A stretch of 64,000 nt of DNA. Source: Bacteroidota bacterium (GTDB lineage: Bacteria; Bacteroidota; Bacteroidia; 2-12-FULL-35-15). Of this stretch, positions 1-10,689 are shown piece after piece. The position numbers and the translations under genes are program-made. Under the pieces are notes generated by a model. The model saw only the letters and a list, made by a program, of their open reading frames with translations. It searched no databases and was not told the origin of the DNA. The DNA lies in assembly GCA_017303895.1 (NCBI GenBank), contig JAFLBF010000014.1:3504-67503 (forward strand), written 5' to 3'. Numbering within the stretch: position 1 is the first letter of the stretch; the number at the start of each line of letters is the position of its first letter.

Positions 1-312
1 CTTGTTCTTTTTCATGAGGAATTGAACACCTTTGCTCATTCCATCAGCCACATCACGACTGCGTTTTACAACAGCTCCGAAATCAGCTTCTCCACCTTTT
101 ACTGTAATACCATAATCGGATGCATGGTTTAAATATTCAAATACTTGTGCGCTTTTTAACAGAGCTTTTGTTGGGATACAGCCCCAGTTCAAGCAAATAC
201 CACCAAGGTTTTCACGCTCAATAACTGCTGTTTTTAAACCCAATTGTGAAGCTCTGATTGCTGCAACATATCCACCAGGACCGCTACCTAAAACTACTAG
301 ATCGTAACTCAT
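1..312 (-). CDS. lpdA: Dihydrolipoyl dehydrogenase, N-terminal part; the gene runs off the window start.
   Basis: The minus-strand ATG at 312-310 gives [52 protein letters not shown]. This has the FAD-binding GxGxxG motif and the redox-active CLNxGC disulfide typical of E3 lipoamide dehydrogenase. Confidence 0.85.
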   Translation of the reverse strand, partial: MSYDLVVLGSGPGGYVAAIRASQLGLKTAVIERENLGGICLNWGCIPTKALLKSAQVFEYLNHASDYGITVKGGEADFGAVVKRSRDVADGMSKGVQFLMKKNK

Positions 313-464
313 TTTTTGAAATTATAAATTGTGATTAGATTAATACTTATTTATGCAATGCGAATGTAACAAAAATATTTCTTTTTAATAGTCTCCAAGC
401 CCGATTTTACAATTCTTTATGTTCTGTTTGTTTAGATTCGTAAATTCGCAGCAAACAAAATCCT

Positions 465-2210
465 ATGAAGTATATTATCTCCTACGAAAAACCTCATAAT
501 CATTATATTGATATTGAATTCATTACTTCTGTTTCAGATGAACAAACACTCGTTCAGTTGCCTGCATGGCGACCGGGAAGGTATGAGCTGGGAAATTTTG
601 CGAAAAATGTTCAGAAATGGGCTGCATTCGATGAAAAAGGCAATGCATTGAGTTTTAAAAAGAAGACGAAAGATCTGTGGGAGGTACAAACCAAAAATGC
701 AAAGCAATTGCATATCAAGTACAATTATTATGCAGCGGAAATAAATGCCGGTTCTACTTTTTTAGATGCCACTCAGTTTTATATGAATCCCGTGAATTGC
801 TGTGTGTATGTTCCGGATAGGATCAATGAAAGCTGCGAGATGAACATACGAGTACCGGATACCTATGAGTTGGCGATGGGAGCTCAATGGAAAAAAAGTG
901 AAACAGGTTTTCAAGTTGTTTTTTCTGATTTTCATGAATTGGCTGACTCTCCTTTTATAGCTTCAGATACCTTACAGCACAATCAGTTTGTATGCGAAGG
1001 TGTTGAATTCAATTTGTGGTTTCAGGGAGAATGCAAACCCGATTGGTCAAAGCTAAATACCGATTTCATCAAATTTTGTAATCATCAATTAGAGATGATG
1101 AAAGACTTTCCGGTAAAAGCCTATCATTTTCTTTTCCAGATCCTTCCTTACAAAACCTATCATGGTGTAGAGCATATTACTTCAACGGTAATTGCTCTTG
1201 GGCCCGGATATGGATTAATGAAAGGAGCTTTGTATGAAGATCTGTTGGGTGTGAGTTCACACGAATTGTTTCATGTGTGGAATGTGAAAACCATCCGTCC
1301 AATTGAAATGTATCCTTACGATTATACTAGGGAAAATTATTCCAAGCTTGGTTATGTTTGCGAAGGGTTGACTACATACTATGGTGATTACTTATTGTTC
1401 CGTTCGGGAGTATTTAATGAACAACAGTATTTTCAAACCTTTGATGAACGCTTGCAGAAGCATTTCGATAATTTTGGACGCTTTAATCTTTCAGTTGCTG
1501 ATTCCTCTTTTGATACATGGCTGGATGGTTATGCTCCCGGTATTCCAAATAGAAAGACGAATATTTATGATGAAGGGAATTTATTAGCCTTTGTCACCGA
1601 TATGTTCATTCGAAAAAATTCAAAGAACGAATATTCTCTGGATGATGTGATGCGTCACTTGTATCAAGAGTTTGCTCTAAAAGGGAAGGGGTATTCTGAG
1701 GAAGATTATAAAGGCTGTGTGGAGCATTATGCCAATACTTCTTATGATACGATCTTCAATGATTATATTCATGGAATAAAAAATTTTGAATCCTTATTGC
1801 AAGAAGCAATGGATCATGTAGGCTGTGAATTATCTCTTACCCCATCGTCTAAATTTCATGAGTCCTCATTAGGGTTTAAAGTGTTGGACATGGCAGGCGT
1901 ATTGAAAGTAAGTGCCATTTACCCCGATTCAGTATCTGACAAAGCAGGCTTGTCATTAAACGATGAGCTATTAGCTATAAATCATATTCAGCTAAAAGCA
2001 GATGGAAGTGGAACCGGATTTTCGGAATGGTGTAGTTATTTTTCAAAGGAAGCGATCGAACTTACGGTTTCAACAATGGGTATCATTAAAAAGATCCAAT
2101 TAAAAGCAGATCCTAATAAGTATTATAAAATCGCTCAAATTAAAAAGAAAACAGGCGCTACTGATGAACAAAAGCGTAATTTTGAGAACTGGAGCAAGAA
2201 CAAATTTTAA
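465..2210 (+). CDS. M61-family glycyl aminopeptidase-like zinc metallopeptidase with a C-terminal PDZ-like domain.
   Basis: It carries a HEXXH zinc motif (SSHELFHVWN). The C-terminal region (GFKVLDMAGVLKVSAIYPDSVSDKAGLSLNDELLAIN) looks like a PDZ domain. It is 581 aa. Confidence 0.7.
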   Translation: MKYIISYEKPHNHYIDIEFITSVSDEQTLVQLPAWRPGRYELGNFAKNVQKWAAFDEKGNALSFKKKTKDLWEVQTKNAKQLHIKYNYYAAEINAGSTFLDATQFYMNPVNCCVYVPDRINESCEMNIRVPDTYELAMGAQWKKSETGFQVVFSDFHELADSPFIASDTLQHNQFVCEGVEFNLWFQGECKPDWSKLNTDFIKFCNHQLEMMKDFPVKAYHFLFQILPYKTYHGVEHITSTVIALGPGYGLMKGALYEDLLGVSSHELFHVWNVKTIRPIEMYPYDYTRENYSKLGYVCEGLTTYYGDYLLFRSGVFNEQQYFQTFDERLQKHFDNFGRFNLSVADSSFDTWLDGYAPGIPNRKTNIYDEGNLLAFVTDMFIRKNSKNEYSLDDVMRHLYQEFALKGKGYSEEDYKGCVEHYANTSYDTIFNDYIHGIKNFESLLQEAMDHVGCELSLTPSSKFHESSLGFKVLDMAGVLKVSAIYPDSVSDKAGLSLNDELLAINHIQLKADGSGTGFSEWCSYFSKEAIELTVSTMGIIKKIQLKADPNKYYKIAQIKKKTGATDEQKRNFENWSKNKF

Positions 2211-2215
2211 ATTTT

Positions 2216-2656
2216 ATGGAAAACGAAACTATTAATACTAGTAATGAGAAACCAAAGCGCCCTCAACTTCTAAGTATTCTTTGTGTATTAACATTCATTT
2301 CAAGTGGATTGGGCATTATAACATCTATTTTAACGCCTATGATGTCTGATAAATTAGTGGAGTTTATGGTTAGTATGCCTTCCTATGAACAAAATCTGAC
2401 CCAGGAAGGTCTGATCATTTTAAAAGCAGGTTGGGGGTATTACATGATCTCATTGGCTCTGATTTCAGGTTCGCTGACAGGGGCCATATATATGTGGAAG
2501 CTAAAAAAGATCGGCTTTCATTTCTATACAATAGCCAATATTATACTTTTTTGTCTCCCAAGCCTTATGTTAGGCTTAAATTTCGATCTGATTGGCTTAG
2601 TCATGCCGGGTGTTTTTATCGGCCTTTATGCCTTGAATTTGAAATACATGGAATAG
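2216..2656 (+). CDS. Small multi-pass membrane protein (DUF4199-like). It is a paralog of the next gene.
   Basis: It has four predicted TM helices. It shares the N-terminal KRP..L..LC.L.F motif and the C-terminal Y.LNLK.M motif with 2785..3240. Confidence 0.45.
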   Translation: MENETINTSNEKPKRPQLLSILCVLTFISSGLGIITSILTPMMSDKLVEFMVSMPSYEQNLTQEGLIILKAGWGYYMISLALISGSLTGAIYMWKLKKIGFHFYTIANIILFCLPSLMLGLNFDLIGLVMPGVFIGLYALNLKYME

Positions 2657-2784
2657 TTTGCAGTAACATTATTAACAGGTAAATTGTTTTGCTTGTTAAT
2701 AAGTTATAGGGGAGGGTGTTTTATCATCTTGTTTTTTTTACTTAATTAGCTAAACAAAACACTTTAACCCTTAAATTTAAAACT

Positions 2785-3240
2785 ATGGAACAAGAAAACA
2801 CAGGAGCTGGTGCACCAGCAAAAAGACCAACATTCTTAACAGTATTATGTATTTTATCCTTCGTAGCTGCAGGTATAGGAGTAATTGCTTCTATCTTAGG
2901 TTACGTTGGTATGCAAGCTGCTGAGAACATGGGAATGAGTTTAACAGAAGGTATGGAAGGTATGGAGTCTATGCCAGGAATGGAAGAGGCTATGAGCATG
3001 ATGAAACATGCAAAAACATTGTTAATTGTAGGGATCATTGTTACTTTGATCGCTCTTTACGGTGTTATCCAAATGTGGAAACAGAAAAAAATGGGCTTTT
3101 ATATCTATACAGGAGCTCAAGTATTAGGTATCATTGTACCGGTAGTTATCGCAGGAATGGCTGCATTCTCTACTTTTGGTGTAATTCTTTCAGTTGCATT
3201 CATCGTAATGTACGGATTGAACCTAAAACACATGTCTTAG
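2785..3240 (+). CDS. Small multi-pass membrane protein (DUF4199-like), a tandem paralog of 2216..2656.
   Basis: It has the same architecture as the preceding gene and a Met/Gly/Glu-rich insert (MGMSLTEGMEGMESMPGMEEAMSMM). Confidence 0.45.
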   Translation: MEQENTGAGAPAKRPTFLTVLCILSFVAAGIGVIASILGYVGMQAAENMGMSLTEGMEGMESMPGMEEAMSMMKHAKTLLIVGIIVTLIALYGVIQMWKQKKMGFYIYTGAQVLGIIVPVVIAGMAAFSTFGVILSVAFIVMYGLNLKHMS

Positions 3241-3260
3241 TCGTTTTACACTTACAAAAA

Positions 3261-3293
3261 AGCCCTTCTGTCATTTACAGAAGGGCTTTTTTA
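3261..3293. terminator. Bidirectional rho-independent terminator.
   Basis: The hairpin agcccttctg-tcatttac-agaagggct is followed by a T tract. It lies between convergent gene ends at 3240 and 3314. Confidence 0.7.
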
Positions 3294-3313
3294 TTGGTAT
3301 CACTTTATGCTTA

Positions 3314-3691
3314 TTATTTCATAGCAATAACGCTTATCTCTACATTTACATTCAATGGTAGTTTAGAAACTTGAACGGTTTCTCTTGCCGGGAAATCAGA
3401 AGTAAAATAAGAACCATACACTTCATTTACCTGTGCAAAATTGTTCATGTCGGTCAGGAAGATCGTTGTTTTGCAAACATTGGAAAAATCCATCCCCGCA
3501 TCCGTTAAAATTGCTTTTAGGTTATGCATTACCTGGTGTGTTTCGTCTTTAATATTTCCTAATACCATTTCTCCGTTTTCTGCTTTCTTGGCTACTTGTC
3601 CACTAACAAATAGTGTATTGCCAAATAACACGGCATGGCTGTATGGACCGATCGGTGCCGGTGCATTTTTTGATGTGATCACTTTTTTCAT
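3314..3691 (-). CDS. ridA: RidA family protein (YjgF / reactive-intermediate deaminase).
   Basis: It is 125 aa. The N-terminal APAPIGPYSHAV and the C-terminal region are typical of the RidA/YjgF/L-PSP fold. Confidence 0.85.
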   Translation of the reverse strand: MKKVITSKNAPAPIGPYSHAVLFGNTLFVSGQVAKKAENGEMVLGNIKDETHQVMHNLKAILTDAGMDFSNVCKTTIFLTDMNNFAQVNEVYGSYFTSDFPARETVQVSKLPLNVNVEISVIAMK

Positions 3692-3751
3692 ATGGTTCGT
3701 TTTTATAATTTATAATTTTTGAATTTCAAATCATGTTCCAACGTCCAACGT

Positions 3752-6295
3752 TTAATAAGCATAATCATACCAGTCTTTTCTTCTGCTCAACTTCAGGTCG
3801 CGCAATACGGATGATTTTACATTGATATCGATTGAAAAACTCTGACGGAATCCGAATGGTACCCAGTTGAAGTGCATTTCCCAGCAATGCAGATCGCGAT
3901 AAACATTGATAGAGGTCAAGGTCATCTCTTTTCTCGTAAAATCATATCCGGACGTTACACTCACTTTCCATTTTTTTGTAATACTCAAGTCGCCATTGAA
4001 TGTCAAGGACTGTGTATATTGATCATTCAATACATAAACAATCGATGATCCGATTAATTCCTGTTTCACCACTTTTGCATATTGTACATTGTAATATACA
4101 TTCAAATTCCATGGAATGCTGTAGTCCACATAGGCATTCGGGTTTCTATTGATGTAATCCAGTTCATCTGGTGTTGCTAATTTACTTGTTTTATTCTGAT
4201 TGTTATTCTCTTTACTTCTCAAGCTGGTGCTTACCGATAAATTGGCATTGGTCAATCGTCCGATCCGTCCATTATTCCATTCAAACCGTTCTATGCGTGT
4301 TCCTGTAGAATCGATCTGGTAAGGATCAAAAATAGCGATGGTATTAATATCGAAAAGTCGGAATAGTTTTGTTCTTGCATTCAAGTTGATCGTACTCCAT
4401 TGATAATTCTTGGCAGCCATGTTATAACTGAAAGCAACACCTAAGTTATCCAATAAGGATGTCTTTCGATATACACTTCCTGAATCTGTTTGAATTTTCT
4501 TCTTCGCTTCCAATGTATTGTTCAATGTAAAGCCGATCAATCCAGATCTTCCTGCACCCGGTGAGCCATACACTCCGTTTTGAAAAATGGAGTACTGCTG
4601 ATAGTTCCCCAAATTATCGCTTTGCACATTTTGATAATAACCATACTGACTTTCAGAAAAATCGGGACGATAACTTGCTGTAATGGTTGGAGTGGCTACA
4701 TGCCGTATTTGTTTTAAGCGTTTTGTTTTAAAATAATAATCTCCATAGATACGTGTAGTTAAGCCGGCACTGGCATTAAAATCATTCGCAACCTGAGCTC
4801 CTGTTAAGGTATCCGTGAAAATGGCATTTACATTCGGATCGTATCTTTTACGGATGGTTTGAAAATAAACCGTACTGGATGTATTGATTGTTGGTGTGAG
4901 TGTAAAATATTTCAAAATGTTTAATGATGTGCTGATCGGAACATTTAGACGGGCACCATTCCGCATCTTGCCGAGTGTTTGGTTGGTGAATAGTAATGAA
5001 TCGTAAGTGTTGATATCGTTTCTGGCATTGGCTGTTGCACTGATACCGATCTTATCATACCATCTTGGTTTTACACTGTTCTTATTCTTAAAAGGATAGA
5101 TCCTATTCATGGTCAATGCTAACTCCGGCAAACTGATGTCCATCTTTTTGGTGATGGTATTTTGACTATGCCTTGCATTGGCTGAAAAATTGAAAGGCGT
5201 TCCTGTAAATGATTTAGAATAGGAAATATTTGATTGGAAGGTGTTGGATAAATAATCGCCTGTAACACCGCCATTGAATTTGTTGAAAGAGCTACTTCCT
5301 GCATTTACATTGGCTGAAAAACGACTCGATGGATGTGCTTTCATATCCTGCTGATGATTCCAACGTATGAAGAAATCGTTTCTGGTAATGGAGTTAGGTA
5401 ATTCTCTGTCGCCTTCAATGATCCTCGAATAACTTAAATTCAAATTGCCATTATACTTGTACCGTTTTTTATAATTCGTATTGGTCTTTGCTCCAAAACT
5501 TCCATTGGCATAGATACTTCCTAATAAGGCAAGATCGAAATATTCATTCTTGCCAAAATAAAAACCACCATCTCTTAAGAAGAATCCTAAATTGTTTGAC
5601 TCACCATATGTTGGTATAATAATGCCTGATGCTCTTCCTTTTTTATTGGGAAAGTATCCGAAAGGGATAGCCAATGGTGTAGGAATATCGGCAATGTAAA
5701 GCATAGCGGGGCCGGTTACGATCTTGTCATCGGGGATCACTTTGATCTTTTTGGCACCAATAAAAAAGTGAGGGTGATCCAGATCGCAAGTGGTGTATTT
5801 TCCATGACCTACATAATACGTATTGTTTGTATCCTTTTTGATGTCCCTGCCATGAATATACCCTTCACCTTGTTGTGTGATCACATCTTTGATCTTCCCC
5901 TTTTTTGTGTTGAAATTATAGGTGATCTCACCGGCATCATACTTCCCGTCTTTATTTGAAAAAACAGGAGTTTGCGACATCTTTCCGGTACTGTCTTTTG
6001 TGCCCGATGCATGCACTAAATTGTTCTTGAAGTCAATTTCAATATAGCCGGCATTCATCTTCATGTCTTCATACAAAACCTCGGCATTATTAAAAAGGTA
6101 TGCTTTTTGATTTACCATATCAATGAGCATGGAATCAGTAGCAGTATATTTTACTTTTTCATTTAAAAAGGAGCTTCCCGACTTTTTAATGGTATCGGCA
6201 GGAGAGGATAAAGCAGAAAATGCAAATCCATCACTTGTTGCACTTATTAACAAGCAAAGGAGGATAAAAAAAGATCTACTGAAAATTAAACGCAA
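3752..6295 (-). CDS. lptD: LptD/OstA-like outer-membrane LPS-assembly protein.
   Basis: It is 847 aa with a signal peptide. The N-terminal OstA-like region (MLIDMVNQKAYLFNNAEVLYEDMKMNAGYIEIDFKNNLVHASG) is followed by a long Asn/Tyr-rich beta-barrel-like sequence. Confidence 0.55.
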   Translation of the reverse strand: MRLIFSRSFFILLCLLISATSDGFAFSALSSPADTIKKSGSSFLNEKVKYTATDSMLIDMVNQKAYLFNNAEVLYEDMKMNAGYIEIDFKNNLVHASGTKDSTGKMSQTPVFSNKDGKYDAGEITYNFNTKKGKIKDVITQQGEGYIHGRDIKKDTNNTYYVGHGKYTTCDLDHPHFFIGAKKIKVIPDDKIVTGPAMLYIADIPTPLAIPFGYFPNKKGRASGIIIPTYGESNNLGFFLRDGGFYFGKNEYFDLALLGSIYANGSFGAKTNTNYKKRYKYNGNLNLSYSRIIEGDRELPNSITRNDFFIRWNHQQDMKAHPSSRFSANVNAGSSSFNKFNGGVTGDYLSNTFQSNISYSKSFTGTPFNFSANARHSQNTITKKMDISLPELALTMNRIYPFKNKNSVKPRWYDKIGISATANARNDINTYDSLLFTNQTLGKMRNGARLNVPISTSLNILKYFTLTPTINTSSTVYFQTIRKRYDPNVNAIFTDTLTGAQVANDFNASAGLTTRIYGDYYFKTKRLKQIRHVATPTITASYRPDFSESQYGYYQNVQSDNLGNYQQYSIFQNGVYGSPGAGRSGLIGFTLNNTLEAKKKIQTDSGSVYRKTSLLDNLGVAFSYNMAAKNYQWSTINLNARTKLFRLFDINTIAIFDPYQIDSTGTRIERFEWNNGRIGRLTNANLSVSTSLRSKENNNQNKTSKLATPDELDYINRNPNAYVDYSIPWNLNVYYNVQYAKVVKQELIGSSIVYVLNDQYTQSLTFNGDLSITKKWKVSVTSGYDFTRKEMTLTSINVYRDLHCWEMHFNWVPFGFRQSFSIDINVKSSVLRDLKLSRRKDWYDYAY

Positions 6296-6389
6296 TTTTT
6301 ACTGCTAATTTTGTGTTATATACCAATTTCAGGGCTCAAAACTATAAAAAAATAACAGTTTTTGCCCCATTTATTTAGTTGTTTACAAG

Positions 6390-7685
6390 ATGAGATACAT
6401 CATTTACATAAGTATATTTCTTGCTGCTGTTTTTTTAACGAGCTCATTTATACCAAAATTCAAGCCAATATTTGGAGTTAAGACCGTTGTGATCGATGCA
6501 GGTCATGGTGGAAAGGATCCCGGCTGTCATGGTGCCAAGTACAAAGAAAAGGATGTAGCATTAGCCGTTTCTTTAAAACTGGGCGCTTATATCGAGGAAA
6601 ACTTCAAGGATGTAAAAGTGGTTTATACCCGTAAAACAGATGTGTTTCTTGAATTACAACAACGTGCGGAGATCGCTAACAAAGCTAAAGCCGACCTTTT
6701 TATTTGTATTCACTGTAATTCAGCTTGTTACAGAGATAAGAAACTGAAAAAAGATATCTGTAAAGATGAAGTAGCAGGTGCGGAAACCTATGTGATGGGT
6801 ATTAAGAATGAGCAAGGAAAGCTGGACGTTGCTAAGCGTGAGAACTCTGCCATTTTATTGGAAGATAACTATGTTCAAAAATACGATGGTTTCGATCCGA
6901 ATTCCGATGAATCGTACATCATCATGAGTATGTTTACTGACACCTATTTGAACCAGAGTTTGAGTTTTGCTCAAAAGGTGCAAAAACAGTATAAGACTAA
7001 GGCTGGGAGGGTAGATAAAGGAGTGAAGCGTGCCAGTTTATGGGTGCTTTGGAGAACGTATATGCCAAGTGTATTAACGGAGATCGGCTTTTTGACCAAT
7101 CCGGAAGAAGAGCAGTTTTTAGGCTCGGCTAAAGGACAGGATTATATTGCTTCCAGCTTATTCAGAGCTTTCAGAGAGTATAAGGACGAAGTGGAAGGAA
7201 CGGTAAAAAAATACGATGATAACTTCGAAAAACAGGAAAGTTATAAGTTAAGTAAAGAAGATTCATTGGAAGTAGCAGAACTTAGAAAAGCTCTTAAACC
7301 ATCTGTAAAAGAAGAGGATACAAAAGATTCTGTTCTTGTGAAAGACGAGAAAGTTGTGGATAAAAAAGAAGAGGACAAAAAAGAGATAAAGAAGGACGAA
7401 AAGAAAGAAGTGGTGGAGAAGAAGGAGGTCGATGTGAAAGCAGCTCCAATTGTTTATAAGGTTCAAATAGCTTCTTCCGATAAAAAGATCCCACTTGATT
7501 CCGACAAGTTCAAAGGCGTTGAAAAGCCGGGTGAATATCAGGATAAAGGGATCTACAAATACACAGCTGGTGAATACAGCAAACAGGAAGATGCTGTTCG
7601 TTTACAAGCTCTTTTAAGAAAACAGGGCTTTAAAGATGCGTTTGTGATCGCAATGCAGGATGGAAAACGCATTCCTCTCAAGTAA
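6390..7685 (+). CDS. N-acetylmuramoyl-L-alanine amidase (Amidase_3) with a C-terminal SPOR domain.
   Basis: VVIDAGHGGKDPGCHG is the amidase_3 zinc site. A K/E-rich linker precedes a C-terminal SPOR-like domain (KVQIASSDKKIP...QGFKDAFVIA). Confidence 0.8.
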   Translation: MRYIIYISIFLAAVFLTSSFIPKFKPIFGVKTVVIDAGHGGKDPGCHGAKYKEKDVALAVSLKLGAYIEENFKDVKVVYTRKTDVFLELQQRAEIANKAKADLFICIHCNSACYRDKKLKKDICKDEVAGAETYVMGIKNEQGKLDVAKRENSAILLEDNYVQKYDGFDPNSDESYIIMSMFTDTYLNQSLSFAQKVQKQYKTKAGRVDKGVKRASLWVLWRTYMPSVLTEIGFLTNPEEEQFLGSAKGQDYIASSLFRAFREYKDEVEGTVKKYDDNFEKQESYKLSKEDSLEVAELRKALKPSVKEEDTKDSVLVKDEKVVDKKEEDKKEIKKDEKKEVVEKKEVDVKAAPIVYKVQIASSDKKIPLDSDKFKGVEKPGEYQDKGIYKYTAGEYSKQEDAVRLQALLRKQGFKDAFVIAMQDGKRIPLK

Positions 7686-7758
7686 TTCAAAATAATGTTT
7701 CTTCCACAATATATTTGCATGGAAATCGTTTCCATGACGGATATTTTTATTTAGCTTT

Positions 7759-8829
7759 GTGTGGATGAATTTTAAGAAAAGCATACTTGTTTATTTTTCC
7801 TTGATCATGATCATGCCTGCTACCGCACAGGTAGGAGGAAACAATACATTCGAGTTTCTTAATTTACCCATCTCTGCCCGTTTAACAGCTTTAGGAGGGA
7901 ATAATATCTCCACACGTGATAACGATCTGAATGTATCCATTGCCAATCCTTCTCTGTTGACGGATTCAATGGATAATAATGTATCCCTTAGTTATATCAA
8001 CTATTTTGCGGATGTGAATTATGGCTACGCAGCCTATGCCAAGAAATTCAAAAAACTGGGCATGTTCAGTGCCGGTATTCAATATCTCGATTATGGTAAA
8101 TTCACCCGTGCCGATGATATCGGAAATACCGATGGAACATTTGGAGCCAACGAAATGTGCTTTAGCTTATCCTATGCCCGTTCTGTTTTAGATACCAACT
8201 TGACAATCGGTGCATCCATCAAAACGATCTACTCTCAATTAGAATCCTATACTTCCTGGGGCTCAGCTTTGGATATTGGTGCCACCTATGTGCGACCAAA
8301 GCATGGCTTTGCGGCCGCTGTTGTTATTAAGAACATCGGTCGTCAATGGAAAACCTATTCGGGAACAAAAGAAGCATTGCCGTTCGAAGTACAGATCGGT
8401 TTTTCTAAAAAGCCAAAGCATGTCCCTTTCCGCTTTTCAGTAGTATATGAGAATTTGGAAAAATGGGATCTAACCTATGTTGATCCATCTGTATCAACAG
8501 TAGATCCTTTAACAGGAGAAGAGATCACTCCTAATAAATACAAAGTGTTTGGCGATAAGTTGATGCGTCACATTGTGATAGGTGGTGAGTTTATTATCAC
8601 GAAGAACTTCTTCTTACGTGCCGGATATAATTATCAACGCAGAAAAGAATTAAAGATCCCTGAAAAAAGAGGCATGACCGGTTTTTCATTTGGATTCGGA
8701 TTCCGCATTTATAAGTTTCACTTTAGCTACGGAAGAGCCGTTTACCATTTAGCAGGTGCTACCAATAATTTTTCATTGAGCTTCGATATCAATAGCTTTT
8801 ACAAAAAAACTACAAAAGCGAATTTGTAA
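7759..8829 (+). CDS. porQ: Type IX secretion system protein PorQ-like outer-membrane beta-barrel.
   Basis: It has a signal peptide. The N-terminal GGNNTFEFLNLPISARLTALGG matches the PorQ family signature. It ends with an aromatic terminal motif. It is 356 aa. Confidence 0.55.
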   Translation: MWMNFKKSILVYFSLIMIMPATAQVGGNNTFEFLNLPISARLTALGGNNISTRDNDLNVSIANPSLLTDSMDNNVSLSYINYFADVNYGYAAYAKKFKKLGMFSAGIQYLDYGKFTRADDIGNTDGTFGANEMCFSLSYARSVLDTNLTIGASIKTIYSQLESYTSWGSALDIGATYVRPKHGFAAAVVIKNIGRQWKTYSGTKEALPFEVQIGFSKKPKHVPFRFSVVYENLEKWDLTYVDPSVSTVDPLTGEEITPNKYKVFGDKLMRHIVIGGEFIITKNFFLRAGYNYQRRKELKIPEKRGMTGFSFGFGFRIYKFHFSYGRAVYHLAGATNNFSLSFDINSFYKKTTKANL

Positions 8830-8876
8830 CAGATAAAATTGGCTGAGTAGTTTTTATATTTAATATATAAATACTT

Positions 8877-10154
8877 ATGCAAGCCAATATCAATAAAACC
8901 AATCAAAAGCGAGTTATTATCATTGGAGGTGGTTTCGGTGGACTGAAACTTGCCCGCGAATTATCTTCTTCCAATTTTCAAGTTGTACTTATCGATAAGA
9001 ACAATTATCATCAGTTTCAACCTTTATTTTATCAGGTTGCAACAGCAGGCCTCGAGCCTAGTGCCATCTCTTTCCCTTTTCGGAAAGTATTTCAAAAAGC
9101 TTCGAATGTGCATGTGCGTGTAGCTGAAGTCAGCCGTATCGATGCTGCTGCTAACTGCATTCAAACGAGCATTGGCGAAATTGAATACGACTATTTGATA
9201 CTTGCCATTGGAGCCGATACCAATTTCTTTGGTAATCAAAATATGATGAAGTATGCCATGCCGATGAAATCGGTAAGTGAAGCTTTGAGCATTCGAAATA
9301 CCATTTTGGAGAATTATGAAAAAGCATTGGTCGCAAGCGATGAGCAAGAGAAACAAGCCTTAATGAACATTGTTATTGTGGGTGGCGGACCAACAGGAGT
9401 GGAAGTAGCAGGTACATTAGCTGAAATGAAAAAAACAGTGTTGCCGAAAGATTATCCGGAGCTCGACTTTAGTTTGATGCAGGTGCATTTGCTGGAAGGT
9501 TCCGGCAGAGTGCTGGCAAGCATGTCGGAGATCGCATCAGAAAAAGCAAAACAATATTTGATCGACTTGGGAGTAGATGTTTCACTGAATGCACGGGTAA
9601 TCGATTATGATGGAAACACTGTAACACTTACCGATAGTCCTGCCATACATACCCGCACATTGGTTTGGGCGGCAGGAGTTATAGGAAATAAAATAGAAGG
9701 ATTATCTCCCGAAGTGATCAGCAGAGGAAACAGAATACTCGTTGATAAAACGAATAAAATAAACGGCTATTCCAACATCTTTGCAATAGGCGATATTGCG
9801 CTTATGAAAGATGAAACTTATCCGAATGGTCATCCTCAGGTGGCGCAGGTAGCGATCCAACAAGGAGAATTGTTGGCCAAGAATTTAAAAGCATTAAGTG
9901 CTGGAAAAGTGATGAAAGAGTTTAAGTACAAAGACCTGGGCTCGATGGCAACTGTGGGACGAAACAAAGCAGTAGTTGATCTTCCGAAGATCAAGTTTCA
10001 GGGCTTCTTTGCATGGATGGTATGGATGTTCATTCACTTAATGTCGATCGTTGGAATAAAAAACCGTTTGCTCATTTTCATTAACTGGGCATGGAATTAT
10101 ATCACTTACGATCAATCACTACGATTGATCATTAAACCTAAAACAAAACAATGA
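8877..10154 (+). CDS. ndh: Type II NADH:quinone oxidoreductase (NDH-2).
   Basis: Two Rossmann GxGxxG motifs are present (IIGGGFGG and IVGGGPTG). The C-terminal membrane-anchoring helix is typical of Ndh. Confidence 0.8.
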   Translation: MQANINKTNQKRVIIIGGGFGGLKLARELSSSNFQVVLIDKNNYHQFQPLFYQVATAGLEPSAISFPFRKVFQKASNVHVRVAEVSRIDAAANCIQTSIGEIEYDYLILAIGADTNFFGNQNMMKYAMPMKSVSEALSIRNTILENYEKALVASDEQEKQALMNIVIVGGGPTGVEVAGTLAEMKKTVLPKDYPELDFSLMQVHLLEGSGRVLASMSEIASEKAKQYLIDLGVDVSLNARVIDYDGNTVTLTDSPAIHTRTLVWAAGVIGNKIEGLSPEVISRGNRILVDKTNKINGYSNIFAIGDIALMKDETYPNGHPQVAQVAIQQGELLAKNLKALSAGKVMKEFKYKDLGSMATVGRNKAVVDLPKIKFQGFFAWMVWMFIHLMSIVGIKNRLLIFINWAWNYITYDQSLRLIIKPKTKQ

Positions 10155-10687
10155 TAGAACAACATTTTTTGGACAACACCATTGGTGTATTTAAGAATTA
10201 CAGAGCGTTGGCAGAGAAGTCATTTGCGCAGCTGAATACAGATAAAGAATTTCATTATGTTCCCGATGCCGAATCAAACAGTGTGGCTGTGATCATCAAA
10301 CACATGAGTGGAAATATGATCTCACGCTGGACCGATTTTTTGACCACCGATGGAGAGAAGCCCAACCGTAACCGTGATGCAGAATTTGTATCAGGGAATG
10401 AAACCAAAGAAGACTTGATCAAGAGTTGGAATGCAGGCTGGTTGGTTTTTATGAATACACTGGAATCATTAAAAACGGAGGATCTGATGAAAACGGTGAC
10501 TATCCGTGGAGAAGGTTTGACGGTGATGCAAGCCTTGAACAGACAAACAGCTCATTATGCCTACCATGTAGGACAGATCGTGTTTTTAGCGAAACATATC
10601 CGTTCCATCGACTGGCAATCGCTTTCTATTCCTAAGAATAAGTCGAATGATCATTTAAAAGGTTCTTATTTGGATAATCTGAAATAA
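10151..10687 (+). CDS. DUF1572 (DinB/YfiT-like) family protein.
   Basis: It is 178 aa with a DinB-like four-helix signature (HMSGNMISRW..., HYAYHVGQIVFLAKH). The start overlaps the ndh stop by 4 nt. Confidence 0.45.
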   Translation: MIEQHFLDNTIGVFKNYRALAEKSFAQLNTDKEFHYVPDAESNSVAVIIKHMSGNMISRWTDFLTTDGEKPNRNRDAEFVSGNETKEDLIKSWNAGWLVFMNTLESLKTEDLMKTVTIRGEGLTVMQALNRQTAHYAYHVGQIVFLAKHIRSIDWQSLSIPKNKSNDHLKGSYLDNLK

Positions 10688-10689
10688 AA

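Noticed and set aside
1381-1587. Short ORFs nested inside or antisense to large confident genes (for example 1381..1587, 5119..5304, 9024..9356, 12258..12515, 22725..23212, 25743..26036, 32254..32723, 33593..34370, 36067..36543, 37440..37860, 59550..59971, 60689..60976).
   Set aside because: Each is fully contained in a longer ORF with clear family-level motifs on the same or opposite strand. They are typical six-frame noise in this dense genome.
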